Shown piece by piece: positions 40,866 to 49,946 of a stretch of DNA of 64,000 nt. How positions within the stretch are numbered: position 1 is the first letter of the stretch; every line of letters starts with the position of its first letter. The position numbers and the translations under genes are program-made. Source of the DNA: Nitrospira sp. (GTDB taxonomy: Bacteria > Nitrospirota > Nitrospiria > Nitrospirales > Nitrospiraceae); the NCBI GenBank assembly GCA_047150005.1, contig AP038806.1:1568001-1632000 (forward strand), given 5' to 3'. The notes below the pieces were generated by a model. That model did no database searches. It worked only from the letters and a program-made list of their open reading frames with translations, and was not told where the DNA came from.

Positions 40866-41453
40866 CTACTTCGCCAATATCCCCAATCCCCGCACTTCAT
40901 CCAGCCATCTCATCCGTTGCTTCTCGGTCATTCCCTCGATGTTCCCGATGAGCGTGGACTTGATCGGGCTGATCCCGCAGAAGCCGAGGAGGTTGCGTTT
41001 GAAACTTTTCACGCTGTGCGAGAAAAAGATCCAGCGATAGACCAAGGTCGGCATGCCCATGGTGACGATGATGCGGGCGGATTTGCCCGTGAGCAGTTTC
41101 TTTGCCATCCCGCCGGAGTTCTGATATTCGAACGCAAATCCGGGACGGAACGTCTGTTCGAGAAACCCTTTCAGCAGCGCGGGCATCGAGCCGAGCCAGA
41201 GCGGATAGAAGATGACCAGATGGTCTGCCCGTCTGATCAAATCCTGCGCCTGTTGGATCGAGTCGGGCGGAGTCCCCTTCTCAAAGTCTTCCTTCGTGCG
41301 AAGAAGCGGAAACTCAATCCTAGCCACCTCGATTCGTGTCACGTCATGCCCGCCATCTTGGCCGCCTTTGGCATATTCGTCAGCCAGCGCATGGCCGAAA
41401 TGGCGCGTCTGCGCATCCGGGTGACCTTGAAGGATGACGATGCGTTTGACCAT
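40866..41453 (-). CDS. NAD(P)H-dependent oxidoreductase (flavodoxin-like fold)
   Basis: Motifs QGHPD, YPLWLGSMPALLKGF and GKSARIIVTMG. Confidence 0.92.
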   Translation of the reverse strand: MVKRIVILQGHPDAQTRHFGHALADEYAKGGQDGGHDVTRIEVARIEFPLLRTKEDFEKGTPPDSIQQAQDLIRRADHLVIFYPLWLGSMPALLKGFLEQTFRPGFAFEYQNSGGMAKKLLTGKSARIIVTMGMPTLVYRWIFFSHSVKSFKRNLLGFCGISPIKSTLIGNIEGMTEKQRMRWLDEVRGLGILAK

Positions 41454-41460
41454 CGGCGCC

Positions 41461-42012
41461 TTAGAACAATGGATGATGAGGGGCGCTGGCCGGTGGAGCG
41501 ACAGGAGAAGTACCCTCCACATTGCCAAGAAACTTCCATCCGTCCTGTTCTTTGACAAGGGAATGCACTTCGCCCGCCCAGCTGTCGATGGTGACGGGCT
41601 TTCCCGTCCCCTTCTCAACCCCGTACAACCCGCCCGCGCAGGTGACATAGGCTTTCTTGACGGAGCCGGTCCGAACCACCTTGAGTTCCGTGAACACGTG
41701 CCTGGACATGATCTGCTCATAGTGGCTGAACACTTCATCCCACACGCGGCGGACATCCACTCGCTTCAAGCCATGATAGTTATAGTCTTTCGCATAGAAT
41801 TGCATCAGTGCTTCGAGATCGGCATGTTGCAGCGCGACCTCCGCCCGATCGAAGGCTCCGGCCAGTTCCTTCATGACCGTCCCATCTGCCGCTGCGACCG
41901 CTCCTTGTGCAATCTCAACTGCTGCGGCCGAAGGGGTCGGGTGATGGCAGCGGCCGACCAGCAGACATCCAGTCAGCAGGACAGTTGCGACGAGTGTGTT
42001 GACCCCCTTCAT
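41461..42012 (-). CDS. Exported NTF2/SnoaL-like protein
   Basis: Signal peptide; DLEALMQFYAKDY...LVKEQDGWKFLG. Confidence 0.75.
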   Translation of the reverse strand: MKGVNTLVATVLLTGCLLVGRCHHPTPSAAAVEIAQGAVAAADGTVMKELAGAFDRAEVALQHADLEALMQFYAKDYNYHGLKRVDVRRVWDEVFSHYEQIMSRHVFTELKVVRTGSVKKAYVTCAGGLYGVEKGTGKPVTIDSWAGEVHSLVKEQDGWKFLGNVEGTSPVAPPASAPHHPLF

Positions 42013-42298
42013 GATCGTCGAAATGACGCAATCGCGATGCCATGGCTGTCCGCGCAGTATTTCTCCCATAGGGTATGTGCGATGACGCCTAACTCCCCAC
42101 CGGATTCTCGCAGTTTGCTGCGATACACTACGCCTCCTGGAGTTCTGGGGCCTTAGTTCAACGAATCAGAACAGGCATATCTCATGCACTTCCCGTACAG
42201 AGCAATTCCGGACAGGAAGAAACACGTGGGAACCGTCGATCCTGTTGTGTGGAACCGGCCCATACGCAGCAATCAGCCGTTAACCGGAGGAGGACGCC

Positions 42299-42499
42299 AT
42301 GTCCGTTGCAAAGATCATCGAAATCAGCTCGGAATCCACAAAAAGCTTTGAGGATGCCATCGTGCAAGGCATCGCCAAGGCATCCAAGACCGTGCATGGC
42401 ATCAAATCGGCCTGGATCAAGGAACAGCACGTCGTGGTCGAGAACGGCAAGGTCGACCTCTACCGCGTGGATCTGAAGGTGACGTTCGTTCTCGATTGA
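42299..42499 (+). CDS. Dodecin family flavin-binding protein
   Basis: KIIEISSESTKSFEDAI...YRVDLKVTF; GGAGG RBS. Confidence 0.92.
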   Translation: MSVAKIIEISSESTKSFEDAIVQGIAKASKTVHGIKSAWIKEQHVVVENGKVDLYRVDLKVTFVLD

Positions 42500-42723
42500 G
42501 GCGGCAGACGGAACGTCGCGATCCGCGCGCGAGACCGATCGCGCCCCCTCATTGGTCAGGGTCAAGATCCGCTGCTTCTCGCTCATGGCCTCGATAGCCT
42601 GGATGTTTGAGAAGGGCGACCATCCCCATCGCCAATAGTGGAAGCCGGTGCTTCTCTCCGCTCTCGGAGGAAGTCTTCATGGTCTTGTGGCGACGGAGGG
42701 AGCTTATCTGGTTGGCGGAGCGC

Positions 42724-43287
42724 TCAGCGTGCGGATTCCGTCCCGGCCTCGTCCATCCGGGAGCGTTCGTCATAGGCCAGACGGTAACCGGCTCGTTCCA
42801 GCGCACCGCGGAGATTGTTCATCACGGCCGGGCTGTCCGAATGGGGCATGACCTTGACCTCAGGAGCAGCGGACAGACTGGCGACAAGGGCGTCTGCCTC
42901 TGAGGCCGCCAACCGATCACCGACCGCGTAGAGGCCGTCAGATCCTTCCTCCATCCTATTGTGCGCGCACAAGATGGCGCGGATCGTGGCGAGAATCGCC
43001 GGCGTGGGAGTGGGCATCAGCAGGGCGGCAAGGGCGCCGTGATCGAGGCGGAGCTTGGCGGAATGGGGATACGGCACGCCTCCCTGCAGGCGTTGAAGAG
43101 CGGGTATCAGAATCTTTTCCTCCATCCCGATATGCCGCAACAGACCGGCGCGGAATTGGTCGTACGCCACACCGTCAATCACTTGGAGATCAGCCGTGGC
43201 CACTTGAAATAATGCATCGAGCCGTCTGTGGTCATCCCGCAGCGCGCGTGTCAGAGGTCCTTCCTTCCTGTCGTCCAGTTGCCCCAT
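42724..43287 (-). CDS. Hemerythrin domain protein
   Basis: Motifs DHRRLD, HIGMEE, DH and HNRMEE. Confidence 0.88.
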   Translation of the reverse strand: MGQLDDRKEGPLTRALRDDHRRLDALFQVATADLQVIDGVAYDQFRAGLLRHIGMEEKILIPALQRLQGGVPYPHSAKLRLDHGALAALLMPTPTPAILATIRAILCAHNRMEEGSDGLYAVGDRLAASEADALVASLSAAPEVKVMPHSDSPAVMNNLRGALERAGYRLAYDERSRMDEAGTESAR

Positions 43288-43440
43288 CCGGTTCTTCACC
43301 AGGCTCAACTTGCTGAGCGTGAACTCCTCCAGAATTCTGCTACAGTTCCGGCATGCAGATGGTCGCCTTAATCCCCAGGGGAGGAGCAAGCCGCGGCCGA
43401 ACCCACCGATACTCCGCCAAGCCTGCTGGTCACCTTCTGG

Positions 43441-43878
43441 TTACGGCCAATACTTGGCCGTTGCCTTCACATACCCGAATACGATGTCGCGGCGGGCCAC
43501 GATACCGATGAGGGTCTTCCCTCTCACGACCGGCACCCGAATCAAATGACGTTCTTGCAATAGGTGGATCAGGTCTTTGACCGGCAGGTCCTCCGTGACT
43601 GTGACGACATCACGAGTCATCACATCCGCAGCCGTTATCGTGCGGATATCCTTGGCTTGATCCATTGCTCCCAACAGATCGAACTCACTGACGAGACCGA
43701 CCAGAGTCCGATCCTCCTCGACGACCGGAACGCTGCCGAAATTTCCCTCTGCGAGCAGCTCTGCAACGGTTCGAGCATTGGTCTGCGGGCCGACCGTGAC
43801 GACGACGTCCTGCATCAGCTGAGGGACGGTCAAGGTTCCGGGATCACGAGCATTAGCGAAATACTCCGTTCTTCTCAT
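43441..43878 (-). CDS. CBS domain protein
   Basis: Motifs SVPVVE...LVGLVSEFDLL and IGIVARRD; AAGGAGG RBS. Confidence 0.92.
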   Translation of the reverse strand: MRRTEYFANARDPGTLTVPQLMQDVVVTVGPQTNARTVAELLAEGNFGSVPVVEEDRTLVGLVSEFDLLGAMDQAKDIRTITAADVMTRDVVTVTEDLPVKDLIHLLQERHLIRVPVVRGKTLIGIVARRDIVFGYVKATAKYWP

Positions 43879-43946
43879 CGGGCCCTCCTTTCCGTCCTTC
43901 ACGACAGTGCCCTGCGGGATGAACACACACCTCATCCGTCAAATGA

Positions 43947-43962
43947 GGCAAGCGGAATGCCA
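43947..43962 (-). promoter_or_regulatory. Sigma-54 -24/-12 promoter
   Basis: TGGCATTCCGCTTGCC upstream of the CBS gene. Confidence 0.6.
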
Positions 43963-43971
43963 GCAGATCCT

Positions 43972-44478
43972 CTATTCCTCCCAGAAGAACTTCTCCCAAT
44001 CCACGGTCTTGTCCCACCACTGCCGATGTCGTTTCACGTCATGGAGCGCCGGTGGGGTGACTGCATAGCAGAGATCCCAAATCGCATCGGCGGCTTGGGC
44101 GCTGATGGATCCCTCGCGGGCTTCCAGCATATCCATGAAATGATTCATCGCCGCGTAGGTCCCTTTCCAGTCGCCCCGGTTGTAGAGACTTCGCACCAAT
44201 TCGACCTGGCCGAGGTAAGGATCGAATGATGCCGCCTCGCCCTTGGCCGAAGCGATCCCCGCCTGCACGATGACAAATCCGGTCAATTGCTCCTCCCAGC
44301 CTTCGAACCCGCTGTACATCGCAACCACTGTGTCGACTCTCCACGTGATATCACTGTGTCGATCCGCCCACTTCTCCTGGCCCCTGTACCGGGCATTGGC
44401 GATCCATGGGATCAGCGACACGACGCACACACAGAGCATGAAGGCGATCGCCTTTCGGGAAATCATAACCTGGTTCAT
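43972..44478 (-). CDS. Exported hypothetical protein, paralogue of 46629-47054
   Basis: Signal peptide; YAAMNHFMDMLE...CYAVTP...HDVKRH; GAGGAG RBS. Confidence 0.8.
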   Translation of the reverse strand: MNQVMISRKAIAFMLCVCVVSLIPWIANARYRGQEKWADRHSDITWRVDTVVAMYSGFEGWEEQLTGFVIVQAGIASAKGEAASFDPYLGQVELVRSLYNRGDWKGTYAAMNHFMDMLEAREGSISAQAADAIWDLCYAVTPPALHDVKRHRQWWDKTVDWEKFFWEE

Positions 44479-44497
44479 GATTCTCCTCGCTCTCTCG

Positions 44498-44962
44498 TCA
44501 AGGCACCACCAGGATTCTGCTCCGCAAGGCCTCCTCGGCCCCGTGCAACGGACAGAAGAAGGGACAGGTTTGAGTGCCTGACGCGTCCGTTTCAGGCTCA
44601 ACTTTCAACTGTTCCGTGCTGACCCGGACCCGCACGGTCTCCCCCGGGGCGACATAGACCCGCAGCGGTTTCACGGTCGGGGTCTTGGTTCCCTCCGCAA
44701 TCTCCTCAAACAGTCCCGGGGCTTCAAACACGTGGGTGCGGCTCGTCGGGTTCTCCAGGATGAAGATGAGTCCTCCTTTGAGATCCGTGCGCTTGTGAAT
44801 GATCACCTCACGCGGGGACCAGGCTGCCGCATCGTTTTCCAGATCAAGGATGACAAAGTGGAACTCTCCACCGACACCCCATGAAGGCATCAAACAGCTC
44901 TGGGCGACCAGCAAGAGGAAGCTCAGGCTCGATACGGATAATCTACCGCGAACGCTCTTCAT
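44498..44962 (-). CDS. Exported cupredoxin-like protein
   Basis: Signal peptide; ENPTSRTHVF...FFCPLH. Confidence 0.75.
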   Translation of the reverse strand: MKSVRGRLSVSSLSFLLLVAQSCLMPSWGVGGEFHFVILDLENDAAAWSPREVIIHKRTDLKGGLIFILENPTSRTHVFEAPGLFEEIAEGTKTPTVKPLRVYVAPGETVRVRVSTEQLKVEPETDASGTQTCPFFCPLHGAEEALRSRILVVP

Positions 44963-45006
44963 GCTGTTCCTTCCTTGATTCCCGGTCGGACCCGTACTGA
45001 TCGAAA

Positions 45007-45459
45007 CTATGGGACGACGCGGATCGTCCCGCCCAGATGAGCATCCCCTTTGTGAAGGGGGCAGAAAAATGGAAACTCTTCAACCGTCTCATCGATACGT
45101 TTCTCAAATTGCGCCGTGTTGATCTGCACGCGGACCGTGTCCTCCTCCGTCACGTTCACCCGTAGCGGCTTTCTGGTGAGGTCCCCGCCCGTGCCGGTTA
45201 CTTCTTCGAACAGCCCGATAGCGGCAAAGGCATGGGTGCGATCCGTCGGATTTTCTAAGACGAACACCAGACCATCCTGCGTCTCTGTACTGCGGTGGAT
45301 GACCACGTCCTGCGGCACCCACACGGCGCGTTTCTCTCCGATGTCTCGCACCACGAAGTGAAACTCCGCAGCCCGAACCGGGCTCCAGAGAAGCAGAGCG
45401 CCGAACAGGGCTGCGGTCGCCAAACGCTCCGACCGGAGGTATGGCCTTGGACGTCTCAC
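45007..45459 (-). CDS. Exported cupredoxin, nitrosocyanin-like C-x2-H-x4-H loop
   Basis: ENPTDRTHAF...FFCPLHKGDAHLGGTIRVVP. Confidence 0.8.
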   Translation of the reverse strand: MRRPRPYLRSERLATAALFGALLLWSPVRAAEFHFVVRDIGEKRAVWVPQDVVIHRSTETQDGLVFVLENPTDRTHAFAAIGLFEEVTGTGGDLTRKPLRVNVTEEDTVRVQINTAQFEKRIDETVEEFPFFCPLHKGDAHLGGTIRVVP

Positions 45460-45495
45460 GGCACGACACCTTCCGCCTCAGGATGGACGACGCGA

Positions 45496-45996
45496 TCAGC
45501 CGCCGCCGATTTCACCCTTGGTCTCGACGATGTACAGCTCCCCCCTGACTTCAGGGTGAATGTCGCACCAGATCGCATACCGGACGGTCTCCGCGATCCC
45601 CGTCGCAGGATCGCTCTTCGATGGCATGGTGGAGAAGTGGAGCGTCATCGTCTTTCCCGGATCCAAGTGATAGGACTTCACTTTTTTCCCTTCCAGCAGA
45701 ACTCCGTCACCTTCCATGCGAACCGGCACCTCTTTGAACAGTTTCGCGGCAAACCCATGGGTCACGCTGTCCAGGTTCCGGACAACAATCGTGGTATCCT
45801 GTGATGGCGTGGTGAAGCCCACGGTGGCATACCCATGGTCCCGATCCTTAATCGTGATCTCAACCTTCGAGGGCGCTCCTCCCATTCCCTTTGCCTGCGC
45901 ATAGGCGCTCTCTGTTCCCATCCCCAGCAACGTGATCGCCGCCACGGCAAAAGGAAGTGCCAACAATGTGATGGTATGTCCTCTGATCTCCATCAT
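45496..45996 (-). CDS. Exported cupredoxin-like protein
   Basis: RNLDSVTHGF...WCDIHPEVRGELYIV. Confidence 0.82.
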   Translation of the reverse strand: MMEIRGHTITLLALPFAVAAITLLGMGTESAYAQAKGMGGAPSKVEITIKDRDHGYATVGFTTPSQDTTIVVRNLDSVTHGFAAKLFKEVPVRMEGDGVLLEGKKVKSYHLDPGKTMTLHFSTMPSKSDPATGIAETVRYAIWCDIHPEVRGELYIVETKGEIGGG

Positions 45997-46119
45997 CTGC
46001 CTCCTTGGTTCTCACGTGAACTGCTCACTTCCTCTTCCTACGACACACTTTCCGACACGTTTGCGGTTGTCACTGCAATTCTCCAACCTCACCTCCTCTC
46101 CTTTGAAGGGACGATCCAT

Positions 46120-46596
46120 TTAACCTCGACGCTCGATGATGAACAATTCTCCCTTCACATCCGGATGCATGTCGCACCAGATGACATGGCGAACAAGGGG
46201 ACTCGCCATCGTGAGCGGGGCCGTCGCCGAGCCCTTGGTGAAATGGAGCGTCATGGTTTTCCCCGGGTCTACGCGGAACGCAGCACCCTCTTTTCCCGCA
46301 GCTTGATACCCGTCCCCTTCAAGACGGACAGGTGTGTCCTTGAACAGGGGGGAAAAGAATCCATGCGTCACCCCATCTTCGTTGCGAACCACAATAGCTG
46401 TCGGATTCCCCTCTCGCCCATAGCCGGTGACATGAAACTCCATCTTCTTGATGGTCACTTGGATCGTCAGTTCCGGAAGTTCCTGTCCTGCCGCGGCCGT
46501 GTCGCTCACGGTCATTCCCGGGCTTGGCGGCAGGCCCAGGACCAATGCGGCAGAGCACAACGCCGCCGTCATCACATCACTTCTGATCGTTCTCAC
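46120..46596 (-). CDS. Exported cupredoxin-like protein
   Basis: RNEDGVTHGF...WCDMHPDVKGELFII; GGAGG RBS before the GTG. Confidence 0.82.
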   Translation of the reverse strand: MRTIRSDVMTAALCSAALVLGLPPSPGMTVSDTAAAGQELPELTIQVTIKKMEFHVTGYGREGNPTAIVVRNEDGVTHGFFSPLFKDTPVRLEGDGYQAAGKEGAAFRVDPGKTMTLHFTKGSATAPLTMASPLVRHVIWCDMHPDVKGELFIIERRG

Positions 46597-46628
46597 AGCG
46601 CACCTCCCTTTCTCGAACACCGGTCAGT

Positions 46629-47054
46629 TCAGCCGGCAATTCCTCCGAACTGATGATCGAGGAACCGGTCGATGTGGCGGGACACGTCGTGGTACTTCGC
46701 CGGCGTCACGAGATAGCAATAATCGAACAGCCGATCCGCCACCTCCGATGGAATATCGTTCTCCCGACGTTCGAGCATATCCATGAAGTGATTCATCGCT
46801 GCATAAACCCCATCTATATCTCCACTCTCGTAATAAGCCCGGACGACATCGAGCTGCACGACATACGGCTCATACGTGCCCCAGAACGGCCCCTCGTTCA
46901 TTTGTTCGATGCGAACAGCGCTCATCATCGCATCCAGCCAATCGGCTTGGACTGCCGGAGCGACCATCGGCCCTCCCACTGCCACCACCAACAAGCCTGT
47001 CAGCGCCAGCAGGATCGCTGCCGTTCGCCTGATATCTTCGCTGATGCACATCAC
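46629..47054 (-). CDS. Exported hypothetical protein, paralogue of 43972-44478
   Basis: Signal peptide; YAAMNHFMDMLE...CYLVTP...HDVSRH; GGAGG RBS. Confidence 0.8.
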   Translation of the reverse strand: MMCISEDIRRTAAILLALTGLLVVAVGGPMVAPAVQADWLDAMMSAVRIEQMNEGPFWGTYEPYVVQLDVVRAYYESGDIDGVYAAMNHFMDMLERRENDIPSEVADRLFDYCYLVTPAKYHDVSRHIDRFLDHQFGGIAG

Positions 47055-47287
47055 GCACCTCCGACCGACTCTTCCCCCTTCTCATTTCGACACCCCCTGA
47101 CGCATGCCTCTGTGAGGATCCGACGTCACGTTTACAGCCTAATCAGTCTCGCCCTTGCGAACAATGAATCAGCCGCATCATTTTTGGGATGATGCGGAGG
47201 CATCAGAACGGAGAGCGCATGCTGCTAGAGGAGATCAAGAGCGATCGGATATCCGATGGGAAGCGCCCGAGTTCAGGCGACTCGTGA

Positions 47288-47980
47288 CTAGGAAGACGAC
47301 ATTGGGTGATGGAATGCGACTGCAAGGGCTTCGACGCGACTATGCGCGCCGAGTTTGTCGAAGATGTGCTGGATATGGTTGCGCACGGTGACGGTGCTGA
47401 TGCAGAGCGCGTCGGCGATACGGGCGGTACGCTCGCCCTGTGCGAGATGCTGCAACACCTCACGCTCTCGGCGGCTCAAGGGCAAGGAGGGCGGAATGTC
47501 GGGAGCCTCATTTAAGAAAGAGGCCGGAGCGCGCGCGGGCTGTGCTTCGGCAACTTGCCCGCCGAGGGATGACAGAACGGATTGCAATTCGTTGACGAGG
47601 CGCCTCACTTTCGCCTGTTTCCCGATATCCCTGAACAGATGGGCAAACAGGAACCGCTCCTGTTTCCTGGAGGGAATCGGAAGGGAGCTGACATTCAGCC
47701 AGACAGGCTTCCCGGATTTGGTGGAAGTCTGGATATCGAAGTTCCGAACCCCGCCTCCACAACCGAGCCGGTGTCCGACGAGACATGATGCGGAACAGAA
47801 GGGGTGGCCTGAGAGCGTTTCGCCCCGCATCACCTCATGGCAGTCGCGACCGATAACCTCCCGCGCACGAAATCCCAACAGTCGCTCGGCGGCCTTGTTC
47901 CACAAGACCACCTTGCCGTCTTCGTTCACCAGCAAGGCGCCATCGGCCGTGCGGTTGAGCATGTCGATGAGGGATTTCAT
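47288..47980 (-). CDS. PAS + LuxR-HTH one-component transcriptional regulator
   Basis: PAS (WNKAAERLLG) and HTH (LSRREREVL...TVRNHIQHIFDKLG). Confidence 0.9.
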   Translation of the reverse strand: MKSLIDMLNRTADGALLVNEDGKVVLWNKAAERLLGFRAREVIGRDCHEVMRGETLSGHPFCSASCLVGHRLGCGGGVRNFDIQTSTKSGKPVWLNVSSLPIPSRKQERFLFAHLFRDIGKQAKVRRLVNELQSVLSSLGGQVAEAQPARAPASFLNEAPDIPPSLPLSRREREVLQHLAQGERTARIADALCISTVTVRNHIQHIFDKLGAHSRVEALAVAFHHPMSSS

Positions 47981-48514
47981 CTGTGCTTTTCCAACCAGGC
48001 ATCGCACTGACGGAAGGGCTCAGCCGCCGCGAAAGGCAACGGTCCGCTTCCCACAGCGGGCATGCTCGAGTCCGGCCACTCGGTGCCTGCCTTCTGGGAG
48101 CTCAGGCTGACGCGGTGCAACTGCGGTGCCTTGGCCATGCGGCAGCGGTAGGGTCGACGTCGTTGTTCACTCCACGGACCGCAGATAACAACAGAGCCAG
48201 AAGAGCGGGGAAATTGATGATGCCGCCGAGCTTATCGGTCGGCCATCCCCGTCGCGATCCTGTGAGCAACCGGCATCAGCTCTGTCCCATATGGCTACAT
48301 ACGCACGGGCATGGCCGGGGAGCGATGCCACGGTTGGAGTCCCCGCATCACGGACAAGGCCCTTGCCCCGATACTGAAAAGGCGGCACCGACCCGCGACG
48401 AGATTGGTCCCAAAGCCCACCCTAGGGTGTTTACTAGTTATTCCGTCCTGTCGGACGCGCTATGTGTAACGGCCAGCCTACGGCATGATCTGCGTGACCG
48501 GGAGGGAAGACGCC

Positions 48515-49075
48515 ATGGCCATGTATGTGTCGACATGGGACAAGCAAGCGTTGTCATCTTCGGCCTTACAACTCCACCCCGGACTTCGCTGGCGAGCGTT
48601 GATCGTGGACGGTCATGCGGCGATTCGCGAGATGGTGCGGATCATCCTGGAGCCATACGAGGATCTCATCGAAGTCGTCGCGGACGCCTCCGACGGCGAG
48701 AGCGCCATCGACCAGGCGGTCCTTCACAAGGTTGATCTCGTGCTGATGGACGTCAACCTGATCTCTCCGAGCGGTGTGGACACCACACGTTGCCTCAAAC
48801 AATCGATGCCGCATGTGGTGATTCTGGGCCTGTCGGCGGACTATACTCCCCACATCTACAACTCGATGATCGCCGCCGGCGCCGTCGCGTTCGTGCGCAA
48901 GCAAGATGCGGTGGACATACTGTTTAGGACCATCGTGTATGCGATGTTCCACTATTGCCGCCCGTGTGAACAGGATCAGGTACTCGGGAGTACCGCGCCG
49001 GCCTGTTTCGACAACGGGAGCCAGGCAGCCGTCCGAGTCCCCGTTCCCCGGACGTCCCCTCTTCCACGCTTCTGA
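48515..49075 (+). CDS. Stand-alone response regulator receiver protein
   Basis: Motifs LIVDGH, DLVLMDVNL and FVRK; no output domain. Confidence 0.8.
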   Translation: MAMYVSTWDKQALSSSALQLHPGLRWRALIVDGHAAIREMVRIILEPYEDLIEVVADASDGESAIDQAVLHKVDLVLMDVNLISPSGVDTTRCLKQSMPHVVILGLSADYTPHIYNSMIAAGAVAFVRKQDAVDILFRTIVYAMFHYCRPCEQDQVLGSTAPACFDNGSQAAVRVPVPRTSPLPRF

Positions 49076-49252
49076 ATCACTTCGTCAAACCGGCTCCGAG
49101 CCGTCCGTTTCAGCCGCCGGCCCGGATGACGCGCGCAGGCGAGGCGATCGACGCGCCTGGCCCGGCGTCAAGGTTCGTCCCGCCGAAAGACGAGCAATGG
49201 TCCATGCCGCGGATTTGTGCGGAGGGACTCTCATCGGCGGACGGTGGTGAGG

Positions 49253-49912
49253 ATGTTTCGCGACCGTGACGACGCCGGAGACCGTCTTGCGCAGCGGCTG
49301 CTCACCTATCGAGACAGTCCTGATGGCATGGTTCTGGCGCTGCCTCGCGGCGGCGTGGTGGTGGGCTACCGGCTGAGCCTCGTGCTTCACTTTTCGCTCG
49401 ATGTCTTCATCGCCTGCAAACTGGGTTCGCCGGAGAACCCCGAATATGCCCTGGGTGCGGTCACCGAGGTGGGCAATCTCTATGTGAACCCCCTGAATGC
49501 CGGTGATCACGGGTCGTTGCCGGAATTGATCGAGGCCCTGGCGGCCGAGAAGAGAGCCGAAATCCTCCGCCGCCAGCGGCTGTACCGGCAGGGACGCCGT
49601 CCCATGGATCCCAACCGGCGGCTGGTCATTCTGGTGGACGACGGGATTGCCACGGGGGCGACGTTTCTGTCGGCGGTGGAGGCGCTTCGGGCTCAGGCAC
49701 CGAGGCGACTCATTGCCGCGCTACCGGTCGGCCCGGTGGAGACGGTCGAACACGTTCGAAGCCTCGTGGATGAATTGATGGTGCTGGCCTGCCCGGAGCC
49801 GTTTTGGTCGGTCGGCACGCACTATGCAGACTTTTCGCAGGTCAGCGATCACGAAGTCCTGACCTGCCTCGAGCTGGCGAACAGAGGGCGCGACGGGACG
49901 GATCAGGCATAG
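49253..49912 (+). CDS. Phosphoribosyltransferase family protein
   Basis: Motifs FRDRDDAG, LALPRGGV and VDDGIATGAT. Confidence 0.92.
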   Translation: MFRDRDDAGDRLAQRLLTYRDSPDGMVLALPRGGVVVGYRLSLVLHFSLDVFIACKLGSPENPEYALGAVTEVGNLYVNPLNAGDHGSLPELIEALAAEKRAEILRRQRLYRQGRRPMDPNRRLVILVDDGIATGATFLSAVEALRAQAPRRLIAALPVGPVETVEHVRSLVDELMVLACPEPFWSVGTHYADFSQVSDHEVLTCLELANRGRDGTDQA

Positions 49913-49946
49913 CCTACGGTTCACAAGGCCTGCGAAGGATGGTCAT

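Noticed and set aside
47983..48480. ORFs between the PAS-LuxR and receiver genes
   Set aside because: No motifs; more likely a divergent regulatory region.
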